From: Clostridia bacterium
GTDB taxonomy: Bacteria; Bacillota; Clostridia; Oscillospirales; CAG-272
Assembly: GCA_017410065.1 (NCBI GenBank)
Contig: JAFQRL010000025.1
Span: 18,793 to 82,792, forward strand
Reading direction: 5' to 3'
DNA: 64,000 nucleotides
This document shows positions 38,119 through 48,002 of this stretch, one piece after another (position 1 is the first letter of the stretch; every line of letters starts with the position of its first letter). The notes beneath the pieces were generated by a model. The model did no database searches. It saw nothing but the letters and a program-made list of their open reading frames with translations, and was not told where the DNA came from. The position numbers and the translations under genes are program-made.

Positions 38119-39813
38119 ATGCTTAACGTAAAAATTATTTCGTCTCAGGACAAGGTGTTTTTCGATCAGTCCACGGATGATTTCAAATCGCTTGAGAGGA
38201 TCAGCGTGCTGAGAGGCGAGAGGCTTTCGCTTCAGCTTATCTATGCCTTTGATCACAACGATCTTCACAGAACTCCCCTGTTTTATTCACCTGTGCTCGG
38301 CGGCGAGCTTGCAAAATACGCGACCCTTCGCGGCGTTAAGCACGTGCCCGTTATGAAATACGACGGAGATTATTCAAACCCCCATCTTGTTGATTATCTC
38401 CGCTTGCCTCCCGGGCTTTTCCCCGACCTTCTCACACCTCTTGCAGGCGGCAAAAACTTCGCTATCTGCGACAGAATGACGGAGAGCATCTGGATAGAGA
38501 TCGATATTCCCGAGGATATGGCGGCAGGCAAATACGAGCTGCCTATCAGAGTTGATCTCGTTGAGGAGCAGATAGCCTTCGGCACGGGCGAGCCCGAAGA
38601 AGCCGCAAGCTGCTCTGTTGAGATTGAGGTCATCGGTGCGACCCTTCCCGAGCAGAAGCTTATGCACACCGAGTGGTTCCACGCCGACTGCCTTGCCCAG
38701 TATTATAACGTTCCCGTTTGGTCGGAGAGACATTGGGAGATCATAGAAAACTTTGCAAGAGTGGCGGTCAAGGGCGGCGTAAATATGCTTCTCACCCCTG
38801 TTTTCACCCTTCCTCTTGACACCTCGGTTGGCGGCGAGAGACTCACGACCCAGCTCGTTGGTATAAAGAGAACAAACGGCAGATACACCTTCAACTTCAA
38901 GCTTCTTGACAGATGGGTGGATATGTGCGACAGAGTTGGTATCAAGTACCTTGAGATATCCCATCTCTTCACTCAATGGGGCGCAACTCACGCACCCAAG
39001 ATCATGGCGACCGTGGACGGCGAATATAAGAAGCTCTTCGGCTGGGAGACAGATGCTCACGGCGAGGAATATAAGAAATTTATGCGTTCCTTCCTGAAAG
39101 CTCTTTTGAAGCATATGAAGGCAAGAGGAGACGATGAGCGTTGCTTCTTCCATATTTCCGACGAGCCCAACAGCGAACAGCTGAAGGACTATAAGAAATC
39201 CAAGAGGATCGTGGATAATATTCTCAAAGATCACACCATTATGGACGCGCTCTCTCACGTTGAATATTTCAAAAAGGGCATTACAAAAACTCCTGTTCCG
39301 CTTGTCAGCCACGCAGAAGAATTCATTGAGGCGGGAATTGAAAATCTTTGGGTCTACTATTGCGGCGGCGGTCGCGGCGGATATTCAAGCCGTGTTTACG
39401 CAAAGCCCAATTACAACAACCGTTCTCTCGGTATGCAGCTTTACAAGGCAGGCGTTGTCGGCTTCCTTCATTGGGGCTACAACTTCTACAACACCCGCCG
39501 CTCCTTCGACTCCGTCAACCCCTTCGTTGAGGTAAACGGCGAGCATTGGGTGCCTGCGGGAGATGCGTTTATGGTCTACCCCGCGCAGAACGGAGAAGCG
39601 CTTGAGTCGCTTCGCTTCGTTGTGTTCAACGAGGGCTTGCAGGATATGAGAGCTATGCAGCTTTGCGAGAGCCTTTACTCCAAGGATGAGGTCGTCTCTG
39701 CTATCGAGGAGGTGCTTGGAGACACCCTCACCTTCACAAGATGCGCAAAGAGCTCCGAGGAGATGCTCGCTGTGAGAGAAAAGATCAACGAAATGATAAA
39801 GGCAAAGGTCTGA
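38119..39813 (+). CDS. DUF4091-like putative glycoside hydrolase (paralog B)
   Basis: Collinear with the 20870-22576 product. ATG 38119 is preferred over the track's TTG 38104. Confidence 0.7.
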   Translation: MLNVKIISSQDKVFFDQSTDDFKSLERISVLRGERLSLQLIYAFDHNDLHRTPLFYSPVLGGELAKYATLRGVKHVPVMKYDGDYSNPHLVDYLRLPPGLFPDLLTPLAGGKNFAICDRMTESIWIEIDIPEDMAAGKYELPIRVDLVEEQIAFGTGEPEEAASCSVEIEVIGATLPEQKLMHTEWFHADCLAQYYNVPVWSERHWEIIENFARVAVKGGVNMLLTPVFTLPLDTSVGGERLTTQLVGIKRTNGRYTFNFKLLDRWVDMCDRVGIKYLEISHLFTQWGATHAPKIMATVDGEYKKLFGWETDAHGEEYKKFMRSFLKALLKHMKARGDDERCFFHISDEPNSEQLKDYKKSKRIVDNILKDHTIMDALSHVEYFKKGITKTPVPLVSHAEEFIEAGIENLWVYYCGGGRGGYSSRVYAKPNYNNRSLGMQLYKAGVVGFLHWGYNFYNTRRSFDSVNPFVEVNGEHWVPAGDAFMVYPAQNGEALESLRFVVFNEGLQDMRAMQLCESLYSKDEVVSAIEEVLGDTLTFTRCAKSSEEMLAVREKINEMIKAKV

Positions 39814-39873
39814 TCCTTCTATCAAAAAGCTAAATTGCGGTCATTTTGCAAAATATTATTTACAAAATACACA

Positions 39874-39915
39874 AAAAGCTCCGTGCTGAAATTACGGCAC
39901 GGAGCTTTCTCTTTT
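39874..39915. terminator. Bidirectional terminator
   Basis: 12-bp stem AAAGCTCCGTGC / GCACGGAGCTTT, followed by CTCTTTTT and preceded by an A-run. Confidence 0.65.
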
Positions 39916-39969
39916 TCATTTTTTCACTTTGCCTCAATTTTGCATTCTGCATTTTGCATTCTGCATTTC

Positions 39970-40839
39970 TCAAAGCACCTTGGATAAGAACTCCTGAAGT
40001 CTTGGGTTCTTCGGGTTATCGAATACCTCGGCAGGTGTTCCCTGCTCCTTGATCTGACCCTCGTCAATAAAGAGTATGCGGTCTGCCGCCTCGCGGGCAA
40101 AGCCCATCTCGTGGGTAACGATAACCATCGTCATACCCTCGTTTGCCAGAGCGCGCATAAGGTCGAGAACCTCGCCGACCATCTCGGGGTCAAGAGCCGA
40201 GGTGGGCTCGTCGAAAAGAATGACCTTCGGGTTCATAGCAAGAGCGCGAACGATAGCAATTCTCTGCTTCTGACCTCCCGAAAGTGTTGAGGGATAAACG
40301 GTTGCCTTCTCCTCAAGACCTATTCTGCGAAGAAGCTCCATAGCACGCTCGCGAGCCTCAAGAACTATCTCCTTTTTGGTCTTGGTGATAGGAATAAGCT
40401 CCTTTTTATTCTTTCTGAAAAGGTTGGCGATCGTCCTCAGGGCGTTCTTAAGCTTTGCTCTTCTCAGGTTTCTTTTTCCAACGTAGATGGGAGCCAGAGT
40501 GATATTATCTATTACCTTTTTATTATTAAAGAGATTGAACTGCTGGAACACCATTCCGATGTGCTCTCTGTGGGTATTTATGTTTACCCTTCTATCCGCA
40601 ATATCAACACCTTCAAAGATAATTGAGCCCGATGTGGGATCCTCCATACAGTTAAGACAACGGAGAAACGTGGATTTACCGCTACCCGAGGGACCGATGA
40701 TAGCTACCTGCTCACCCTCGCGGATATCCTCGTCTATACCGCGGAGAACGTCCAGCTTGCCGTATGTTTTTGTGAGCCCGCGAACGCTGATAATAGGCTC
40801 GCCGATTTTCTTATTACTGCCTTCTTTCACTTTTCGCAA
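39970..40839 (-). CDS. Amino-acid ABC transporter ATP-binding protein (GlnQ-like) with a ~35-aa basic insertion
   Basis: Walker [18 protein letters not shown] and Walker [12 protein letters not shown] are present. TTG start, or GTG 9 nt downstream. Confidence 0.9.
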   Translation of the reverse strand: MRKVKEGSNKKIGEPIISVRGLTKTYGKLDVLRGIDEDIREGEQVAIIGPSGSGKSTFLRCLNCMEDPTSGSIIFEGVDIADRRVNINTHREHIGMVFQQFNLFNNKKVIDNITLAPIYVGKRNLRRAKLKNALRTIANLFRKNKKELIPITKTKKEIVLEARERAMELLRRIGLEEKATVYPSTLSGGQKQRIAIVRALAMNPKVILFDEPTSALDPEMVGEVLDLMRALANEGMTMVIVTHEMGFAREAADRILFIDEGQIKEQGTPAEVFDNPKNPRLQEFLSKVL

Positions 40840-41659
40840 GCATCCTTTCCATAAGTTTTACAAGGGCGGCTATAACCGCAACTATAACCATATAGATTAT
40901 CGCCATCACGAGATAGGGCACCATATATTCGTAAGAATTTGAAGCGAGGTACTGGAAGGTGGTCGTGATATCCACAGCACCAACGTAACCAACGACCGCC
41001 GTTTCCTTAACGAGGGCGATAAACTCATTACCGAGAGTAGGAAGGATATTTTTTATCGCCTGAGGAACTACTATCTTCAGCATTGAAGTCGAATAGGGCA
41101 TACCAACAGCCCTTGCCGCCTCCAGCTGACCTGGATCAACCGAATTGATACCGCCGCGCATTATCTCGGATATGTACGCACCGCTATTTAATCCGAAAAT
41201 GGTTATACAAGCGGCAACGGGATCCATCTGCACCTTCATAATGGGGAGAAGAAGGAAATATCCGACGAGAAGCTGAACGACAATGGGAGTTCCACGGAAG
41301 AGAGCAACGTATGCGCCAACGATATTATGGGCATACTTTATCACTCTGTTTGTGGGTCTGATAACTCTGATTACCGCAATTACCGTACCGATAACTATAC
41401 CTATCATAAGACCTACGACAGCGATGAGAGCCGTGTTCTTCAAGCCCTCAAGGAGACGCTCATAGCCTTGATTGACTATGAACTGATCATAGAAGATCTT
41501 GATCTTTTTCGCAAAGCGGAACTTATCGTAGATATAATCGAAAAGAAGAACGATGGGCGGTATAACGCAAGCAAGCACCGTAAGATCTATCCAGTGCTTT
41601 TTGAAAAATCTGCCGATAGCCTTACCAATGCGCTTAAAGAGGTTTTCTTTTACACTCAT
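40814..41659 (-). CDS. Amino-acid ABC transporter permease (HisM/GlnP-like)
   Basis: EAA-like loop (...[23 protein letters not shown]...). ATG 41659 is preferred over the track's 41716. Confidence 0.85.
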   Translation of the reverse strand: MSVKENLFKRIGKAIGRFFKKHWIDLTVLACVIPPIVLLFDYIYDKFRFAKKIKIFYDQFIVNQGYERLLEGLKNTALIAVVGLMIGIVIGTVIAVIRVIRPTNRVIKYAHNIVGAYVALFRGTPIVVQLLVGYFLLLPIMKVQMDPVAACITIFGLNSGAYISEIMRGGINSVDPGQLEAARAVGMPYSTSMLKIVVPQAIKNILPTLGNEFIALVKETAVVGYVGAVDITTTFQYLASNSYEYMVPYLVMAIIYMVIVAVIAALVKLMERMLAKSERRQ

Positions 41660-41751
41660 TTTGATTACCTTTACTAGTTTTTTATGGCTATTGTGAAGCC
41701 GAATAACGCAAAACAAGGGAGACGTAAAATCTCCCCGTTTTGCTTTGAAAA

Positions 41752-42669
41752 TTAGTTAGCTGCGTTTACCTTTTCAACGATTGCCTTTGCAGGACCCTCG
41801 TCGATAACAACGTACTTGATGTTGCCGTTAAGCATATCCTGAACAGCAAGAGCACCGTTATCGTGAGCAACTGTGGTGAAGCCGAAGCCATCGAAGCCCC
41901 AATCTTCATCGCCCTCGCAGAAATACTGACCGGTTGTACCTCTCTGAACGCCAACCTTAACGCTTGCACCAAGACCGTTGAGAATCTCGATTACGTCCTC
42001 TGCGGACTCGCAACCGTCGAAGGTCTTGTCGCCTGCCTTGCAGATAACCATCTGAGATGCGTTATAGTAGGACTCGGAGAAATCAAGGATCTGCTTTCTG
42101 GTGTCGTTGATGGTGAGACCTGCTGCAGCGATATCTGCAACACCGCTCTTAACGGACTCCTCACCTTCGCCGCCCTCGTAGTCGCCGCCGATATCGGAAA
42201 CAGCAAGGCAAACTGCGTCGAACGCCATATTGTAGATGTAAAGCTCCTTACCGAGCTTCTTTGCGAAGAGATCCATAATCTCAAGGTCTACGCCGTAGTA
42301 GTTCTTACCTTCCATATACTCGAAGGGAGCGAATGCAGCGTTGGTTGCAACGATGAGCTGGCTGCCGTCGGTCTTCATTGTGGAAGCAGAAGCAACAGGA
42401 GTGGGTGTGCCGTCGCCGAAGTATTTGTTGAGGATCTCCTCAAACTTACCGTTTTCCTTGATCTCAGCGAGGAAATCGTTGATAGCGGTGAGCATTTCGG
42501 TGTCGCCCTTGGGAACTGCGAATGCATACTGCTCTTCGGTGAGAGCATAGTTAATTACCTTAACAACAGGCTCGCTCTCTACTTCGCCGTCATCTCCGCA
42601 GGATACGAATGCGAATACGCATCCGAGGCAGAGCACAAGCGCAAGAATAAGGGATGTGATATTTTTCAT
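41752..42669 (-). CDS. Amino-acid ABC transporter substrate-binding lipoprotein
   Basis: GAGGAAAAATA RBS before ATG 42669. Lipobox FVSC-GDDG. SBP_bac_3-like layout. Confidence 0.85.
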   Translation of the reverse strand: MKNITSLILALVLCLGCVFAFVSCGDDGEVESEPVVKVINYALTEEQYAFAVPKGDTEMLTAINDFLAEIKENGKFEEILNKYFGDGTPTPVASASTMKTDGSQLIVATNAAFAPFEYMEGKNYYGVDLEIMDLFAKKLGKELYIYNMAFDAVCLAVSDIGGDYEGGEGEESVKSGVADIAAAGLTINDTRKQILDFSESYYNASQMVICKAGDKTFDGCESAEDVIEILNGLGASVKVGVQRGTTGQYFCEGDEDWGFDGFGFTTVAHDNGALAVQDMLNGNIKYVVIDEGPAKAIVEKVNAAN

Positions 42670-43064
42670 TATTTTTCCTCTTTCTTCGGGCAAGCCTTGC
42701 ATAGCCTTTGCCCGATTTGTTTTTTGATGTGCAACCATTATACACCAAGAGTTTTTGATTGTCAAGGGGTTTTTGAAAAATAATTCACTTTTTTTGCATT
42801 TTTATTCAAAGACCTGTTTTTTGTATGCAGTTTTGTGCATTTTGCATATCTTTTCCTCTGCTTTTTTTGCACACTAAACAAAACAATCCCTCGGTAACAA
42901 TTATTAATAATTATGAAATGTTATTTAATAATATTTTTGAGCCCTGCGCCCTTGGAAGCGATTGGTAAAAATATTCGGGGAAGGCGGTGAAAAAGCGGCT
43001 TTATGCAGTTTATACATTGTTTATGCATTGCTTTTTATGAATATTTATGCATTTTCGGCAGATA

Positions 43065-43093
43065 TTGATTTTTTGCTCGGTTTATGGTAAAAT
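43065..43093 (+). promoter_or_regulatory. Sigma-A-type promoter candidate (TTGATT-17 nt-TGgTAAAAT)
   Basis: TTGATT at 43065-43070 and an extended -10 at 43085-43093, ~50 nt before the ABC-F start. Confidence 0.55.
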
Positions 43094-43143
43094 ACTAGAA
43101 GTGAATTATTTTCTGTATTATTTTTGCGAAAACGGAGTCTTTT

Positions 43144-45072
43144 ATGATCGCACTTTCGGCATCCGATATTTCCCTCTCCTTCGGTGGGGATACTATACTT
43201 AAGAATATTTCCTTTGCCGTGAACGACGGCGACAGAGTGGGCATTATCGGCGTAAACGGCGCGGGCAAGACCTCTCTTTTTCGCATTATCACGGGAGAGT
43301 ACACTCCCGATAGCGGAGCCGTGTATATCCAGAAGGGGCACACGGTGGGCGTTTTGGAGCAGAATCCCGATCTGACAGCTCTGCCAGGCGAGCTTTCGGC
43401 GGTTGAATATATGTATTCCGCCTTCCCCGCCCTTCTCGCCCTTGAAAAGGACATTTCCGCCTGCGAGGCTCAGCTTTCCGTGGCGGCGGGTCGGGGAAAC
43501 GAGGAGGACGTTCTCGCTCTCACCGCAAGGCTCAACGAGCTGAACAGTCGATTTGCCAAGGATGGCGGACTTGAATTCAGGGGCAGATGCCGCAGTATGC
43601 TTTTGCGCCTTGGCTACACCGAGGAGCAGACCGAGCAGAAAATAAGAACTCTTTCGGGCGGTCAGTACACAAGGCTTGCCCTTGCGAGGCTTCTTGCCAC
43701 CGAGCCCGACATTCTTATGCTTGACGAGCCGACCAACCATCTTGACATAGATGCCCTAGCCTGGCTTGAGGGTTATATTTCAAATTACAAAAAGACGGTG
43801 CTCATCATCTCTCACGACAGATATTTTCTTGACAGAACCACGAGCAAGACTCTTTCGGTGAGATTTGGCTCGGCGAAGCTTTATCACGGAAACTACACCG
43901 AGACCAAGGAGATCTGCGAGGCAGAGGCGGCATCCCAGGAAAAGCGGTACAAGGAGCAGCAGAAGGTAATTGCCCGAATAAAGGCAAACATAGAATTCCA
44001 GCGCAGATGTAACAGAGAGCACAACTTTGTGACGATAAGGGCAAAGGAAAAGCAGCTTGCGAGAATGGAAAAGATCGAGGCTGTGCAAAAGGACCCGAGG
44101 ACCATAAGGCTCAGCTTTGCCACAGAGGAGGAGTCCGCAGGGGACGTTTGCGAGGTGAAGGAGCTTTCCTTCTCCTATGGGCAATCCCCGCTGATAAGAG
44201 ACGTTTCCTTCCTTATAAGAAGATACGAGCGCGTTATGTTTCTTGGCAGAAACGGCTCGGGCAAATCAACTCTTATGAAGCTGATAAACTCTATGCTCAC
44301 TCCCGATCGGGGAAGGATAACTCTTGGTTACAATATAAAGATAGGCTACTACGATCAGGAGAACCGCGGACTCACCGAATCCAACACCGTCTTTGACGAG
44401 CTGCGTGCGGCATATCCAGATAAGACCGACCTTGAGCTTCGCTCAACTCTTGCTCTGTTCCTTTTCGATGCGGACGACATAGCAAGGCAGATATCCACGC
44501 TTTCGGGCGGTGAGCGAGCAAGGCTCACCCTTGCAAAGCTTATACTCAAAAAGGTGAATCTTCTTGTGATGGACGAGCCGACCAACCACCTTGACATCGG
44601 CTCCTGCGAGGCACTTGAGAATGCGCTTTTGGCATTTGAGGGCACGATAATCGCGGTGTCCCACGACAGATATTTCATAAACAGGATAGCAACGAGAATA
44701 ATCGAGCTTGCTCCCGAGGTGGAGCGCGGAATGTTTGACTATTCGCTTGAAAGCTACGACGATGCCTTCACCGAATATATGAGGATGCGTGAGCTTCGCA
44801 AGGAGGCAGAGGCGCGTGTGACGGTGTCGGCAAAAAGCGAGAGCAAGCAGGATTACGAGGAAAAGAAGCGCGAAAGTGCGCGAAGAAGAAGCGAGGAGAA
44901 AAAGCGCGAGCGGGCGAAGGCAAAGATCGAGGAGCTTGAGTGCGAGCTTGAGCGGCTTGAAGAGGAGCTTTTCGGCGAGGCGGCATCAGACTACGTGAGA
45001 GCCGCAGAGATAGACACCCGTAAGGGCGAGATCGAGGAGGAGCTTCTGGAGCTCTACGAGCTGGTTATGTAA
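43144..45072 (+). CDS. ABC-F family ATPase (two NBDs, no TMD, C-terminal coiled-coil)
   Basis: Two Walker A sites (GVNGAGKTS, GRNGSGKST), two LSGG signatures, an inter-domain linker and a charged C-terminal helix. Confidence 0.9.
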   Translation: MIALSASDISLSFGGDTILKNISFAVNDGDRVGIIGVNGAGKTSLFRIITGEYTPDSGAVYIQKGHTVGVLEQNPDLTALPGELSAVEYMYSAFPALLALEKDISACEAQLSVAAGRGNEEDVLALTARLNELNSRFAKDGGLEFRGRCRSMLLRLGYTEEQTEQKIRTLSGGQYTRLALARLLATEPDILMLDEPTNHLDIDALAWLEGYISNYKKTVLIISHDRYFLDRTTSKTLSVRFGSAKLYHGNYTETKEICEAEAASQEKRYKEQQKVIARIKANIEFQRRCNREHNFVTIRAKEKQLARMEKIEAVQKDPRTIRLSFATEEESAGDVCEVKELSFSYGQSPLIRDVSFLIRRYERVMFLGRNGSGKSTLMKLINSMLTPDRGRITLGYNIKIGYYDQENRGLTESNTVFDELRAAYPDKTDLELRSTLALFLFDADDIARQISTLSGGERARLTLAKLILKKVNLLVMDEPTNHLDIGSCEALENALLAFEGTIIAVSHDRYFINRIATRIIELAPEVERGMFDYSLESYDDAFTEYMRMRELRKEAEARVTVSAKSESKQDYEEKKRESARRRSEEKKRERAKAKIEELECELERLEEELFGEAASDYVRAAEIDTRKGEIEEELLELYELVM

Positions 45073-45113
45073 CGGCAGATATAATTGTCAAAAAACGAAA
45101 GGAGGAGGAAGAT

Positions 45114-46034
45114 TTGGAGATCGTAAAATATAAGCGCGGAGAGACTCTCAAAGAAAGCTGCGTTCTTGCGCTCGGCTTTTTCGACGGCGTTCACATCGGC
45201 CACAGAGAGCTTTTGAAAATGGCAAGGCACAGAGCATCGGAGCTTAACTTATCCCTTGGAATATTCACCTTTGCTTCCTCCGGAAAAATAAAGGCAGGCA
45301 CAAAGAGGATCTATAACGACGAGGAAAAGGCTCGGATATTTGAGGAGCTTGGAGCGGATTTCACCGTTTTCGCCGACTTTGACGACGTCTCGGGGCTATC
45401 TCCCGAGGAGTTCGTGAGAGACGTTCTTATAGGCGACCTTCACACGTCGGTTGCGGCATCGGGCTTCAATTATCGCTTTGGCAAGGGCGCGGCAGGTGAC
45501 GCGCAAGCTCTTGCAAGGCTGATGAAAAAATACGGCGGCGACGCTCTTATTTTAGACGAATATCTTCTCGACGGCAAGACCGTTTCTACCACCGCAATAA
45601 GGGAGGCTCTTGAGGCGGGAGACGTGAGAGGTGCGGCAAGACTTCTCGGCGCGCCCTATCGCATAGGCGGCAGAGTGTGCCACGGCAGAGGCGAAGGAAA
45701 AAGACTGGGCTTTCCCACCCTCAATACCTCTCTTGCAGAGGGCTCGATTATGCCGAAGCGCGGCGTTTATCTCACAGCCATAAAGCTTTCGGGTCGTGCT
45801 TACACCGCCCTCACAAACGTTGGCGTCTGCCCCACCTTTGATCCGAGGGAGGATCATCTCGAAACCTATATTTTAGATTATTCGGGCGACCTTTACGACG
45901 AGGAAATTGCAATATATTTTCTTGATTATCTTCGGGATGAAAAGCAGTTTTCAAGCGAAAAAGAGCTTATAATGCAAATAAATATAGACAAAAATATAGC
46001 TTTAAGCAAAAATATTTCGGATTTGGAGATTTAA
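45114..46034 (+). CDS. ribF: Bifunctional riboflavin kinase/FAD synthetase
   Basis: GFFDGVHIGH in the N-terminal FAD synthetase domain. C-terminal G.V..G...G...GFPT.N riboflavin kinase motif. TTG start after GGAGGAGG. Confidence 0.9.
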   Translation: MEIVKYKRGETLKESCVLALGFFDGVHIGHRELLKMARHRASELNLSLGIFTFASSGKIKAGTKRIYNDEEKARIFEELGADFTVFADFDDVSGLSPEEFVRDVLIGDLHTSVAASGFNYRFGKGAAGDAQALARLMKKYGGDALILDEYLLDGKTVSTTAIREALEAGDVRGAARLLGAPYRIGGRVCHGRGEGKRLGFPTLNTSLAEGSIMPKRGVYLTAIKLSGRAYTALTNVGVCPTFDPREDHLETYILDYSGDLYDEEIAIYFLDYLRDEKQFSSEKELIMQINIDKNIALSKNISDLEI

Positions 46035-46036
46035 AA

Positions 46037-46954
46037 ATGGCAGGAGCTTGGACAAAACTTACGGCTGAAGGAAACGTTCGTCAGCTCGACGATATCGTTG
46101 CCGTTATGAGTATGCTCGATAACGGGCTGATGATAGAGGATTACAGCGATTTTTCGCTCAACGGAATGTACGGTGAGCTTGTTGACGACTCCATACTTAA
46201 CGCGGACAAAAGCATCGTTCGTGTCTCGTTTTTCGTTCCCGAGGAGAGAAGTGTTGTTGAATACAAGGAATTTCTTGAAACGAGATTTCAGGCACTTGGG
46301 ATAAATGCAAAAATCACCCTTGAGGGTATGTGCGAGGACGACTGGGCAGAGTCCTGGAAGCAATATTATAAGCCCGTTCCCCTGGGTCGGGTGACTATCG
46401 TTCCCGCTTGGGAAAGCTACGAGCCGAAGGATGGCGAGGTCATAATAAGAATGGATCCAGGTATGGCTTTCGGCACGGGCACTCACGAGACCACGAGGCT
46501 TGTTATCAGGCTTATGCAGGACATTATTTCGGGCGGCGAGAGGGTGCTTGACGTGGGCACAGGCTCGGGTATTCTTTCCATCTGCGCATCAAAGCTCGGA
46601 GCAAAGAGCTGCAACGCATACGATATAGACCCTGTGGCTGTTAAGGTTGCAAAGGAAAATGCCGAGGCAGACGGCTGCACCAATATCACCGTTGGCGTTT
46701 CGGATCTTCTGCGCGGCGTTGATCTTTCCCTTGGCAAATACGATTTCTGCGTTGCCAATATCGTTGCCGATATTATTATTCGTATGCTTCCCGACGTCCG
46801 CGACTATGTGAAGGTCGGCGCGCCCCTCATCCTTTCGGGCATTATCGGCGAGAGAGCCGATGAGGTGCGAGAGGCAGTCATCAAAGCAGGCTTCAAGGTC
46901 GAAAAGGAAATATCCGAAAACGACTGGGTCGGTATGCTCGTTCGCGTTTGCTAG
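46037..46954 (+). CDS. prmA: Ribosomal protein L11 methyltransferase
   Basis: ...GMAFGTGTHETT... and the SAM motif LDVGTGSGIL. Confidence 0.9.
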   Translation: MAGAWTKLTAEGNVRQLDDIVAVMSMLDNGLMIEDYSDFSLNGMYGELVDDSILNADKSIVRVSFFVPEERSVVEYKEFLETRFQALGINAKITLEGMCEDDWAESWKQYYKPVPLGRVTIVPAWESYEPKDGEVIIRMDPGMAFGTGTHETTRLVIRLMQDIISGGERVLDVGTGSGILSICASKLGAKSCNAYDIDPVAVKVAKENAEADGCTNITVGVSDLLRGVDLSLGKYDFCVANIVADIIIRMLPDVRDYVKVGAPLILSGIIGERADEVREAVIKAGFKVEKEISENDWVGMLVRVC

Positions 46955-46986
46955 TTTCTACATTAATATAATATAAGAGGTATAAA

Positions 46987-47724
46987 ATGCCCAGATTTTT
47001 TGTCAGAGCCGAGAAGGTAGACCGCGAGGGCGGTGTTGTCAGGATAGAGGGCGACGACGCGCGCCATATTGCAAGAAGCTTGCGTATGGCGGTTGGTGAC
47101 GAGCTCACCGTGTGCGACGGCTCCTCCGCCGAGCTTTCCTGTAAGCTCACCCGAATAAGGGACGAGGAGTGCACCCTTGAGATAATCTCCGAGCGCATAT
47201 CCGATAGAGAGCCCGCGTGCATAACCACGCTTTATATGGCATATCCTAAAGGAGACAAGCTTGAGACGGTTATCCAAAAGGCCGTGGAGCTTGGCGCATC
47301 AAGGATAGTTCCCTTTGAGTCCTCAAGATGCATAAAGCGTCCGAAGGCGGAAAAAATAGATAAGATCACCTCAAGGCAGAATCGGATCGCCGAGGAGGCG
47401 GCAAAGCAATGCGGCAGAGCAAGGATCCCCGAGGTCTGCGAGCCTATGAGCTTTGGCGAGATGCTCGCCGATATAAAGAGCTGTGCTCTCGCGCTCCTTT
47501 GCTACGAGGGCGAGGAGGGTCGCACCCTTAAGAGCGCACTCCCCGAGTGTGCGCCCGAGAGCATTGCCGTGATAGTCGGAGCCGAGGGTGGCTTTTCCGA
47601 GGAGGAGGCTTCGGCTGCGGAGGCGGCGGGAGCTATATCCGTGAGCCTTGGGCGACGTATCCTGAGATGCGAGACCGCGCCGAGCTACGTTCTTTCGGCG
47701 ATCTCCTACCAATACGAGCTTTAA
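46987..47724 (+). CDS. rsmE: 16S rRNA (uracil(1498)-N3)-methyltransferase
   Basis: MPRFF start, ...HI..SLRM..GD... and C-terminal GPEGGFS..E...LG.RILR.ETA motifs. prmA-rsmE synteny. Confidence 0.9.
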   Translation: MPRFFVRAEKVDREGGVVRIEGDDARHIARSLRMAVGDELTVCDGSSAELSCKLTRIRDEECTLEIISERISDREPACITTLYMAYPKGDKLETVIQKAVELGASRIVPFESSRCIKRPKAEKIDKITSRQNRIAEEAAKQCGRARIPEVCEPMSFGEMLADIKSCALALLCYEGEEGRTLKSALPECAPESIAVIVGAEGGFSEEEASAAEAAGAISVSLGRRILRCETAPSYVLSAISYQYEL

Positions 47725-48002
47725 GGGCTCGTTGTCTCGGTATATTTTCACGCAGTTTTTGTATTGTTTTACACCCTTGTCGTTAATTTTCACAAATAAA
47801 TATTAAAAAAATTGTGAACATTTCCTCTTTTTTCAAAAAACTATTGAAATTTGTCTAAAAATGAGTTAAAATATAGTACAGTATTACCAAAACCCAATGC
47901 AAGCGCCCGAAAAATTGGCGCTTGCAGAGGATTTTTATTTTTTCGGGATATATTGAGCGACATCTCAGCCGCATATATCACCGAGCAAGGAAGGATCGAC
48001 TT

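Noticed and set aside
20870-39813. Inverted DUF4091 paralogs as potential substrates for a 15-kb chromosomal inversion.
   Set aside because: The paralogs are only about half identical at the protein level by eye, with no long identical nucleotide stretch noticed. That is too diverged for homologous recombination.
39937-39969. 14-bp tandem TTTTGCATTCTGCA x2.3. Together with the other short tandem repeats it was checked as a possible CRISPR-like or minisatellite array.
   Set aside because: The units are contiguous with no spacers and there are only two of them. It sits in a terminator-proximal AT-rich spacer just 3' of the ABC ATPase gene. No CRISPR architecture or cas genes occur anywhere in the window.
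43021-43143. Leader peptide or attenuator of the kind found upstream of antibiotic-resistance ABC-F (ARE) genes, prompted by the repeated TTTATGCA words at 42990-43055.
   Set aside because: The predicted promoter leaves only a ~50-nt leader with no short ORF or terminator/antiterminator pair. The gene looks like a housekeeping ABC-F. The TTTATGCA words lie upstream of the -35 element and may be incidental AT-rich repeats.
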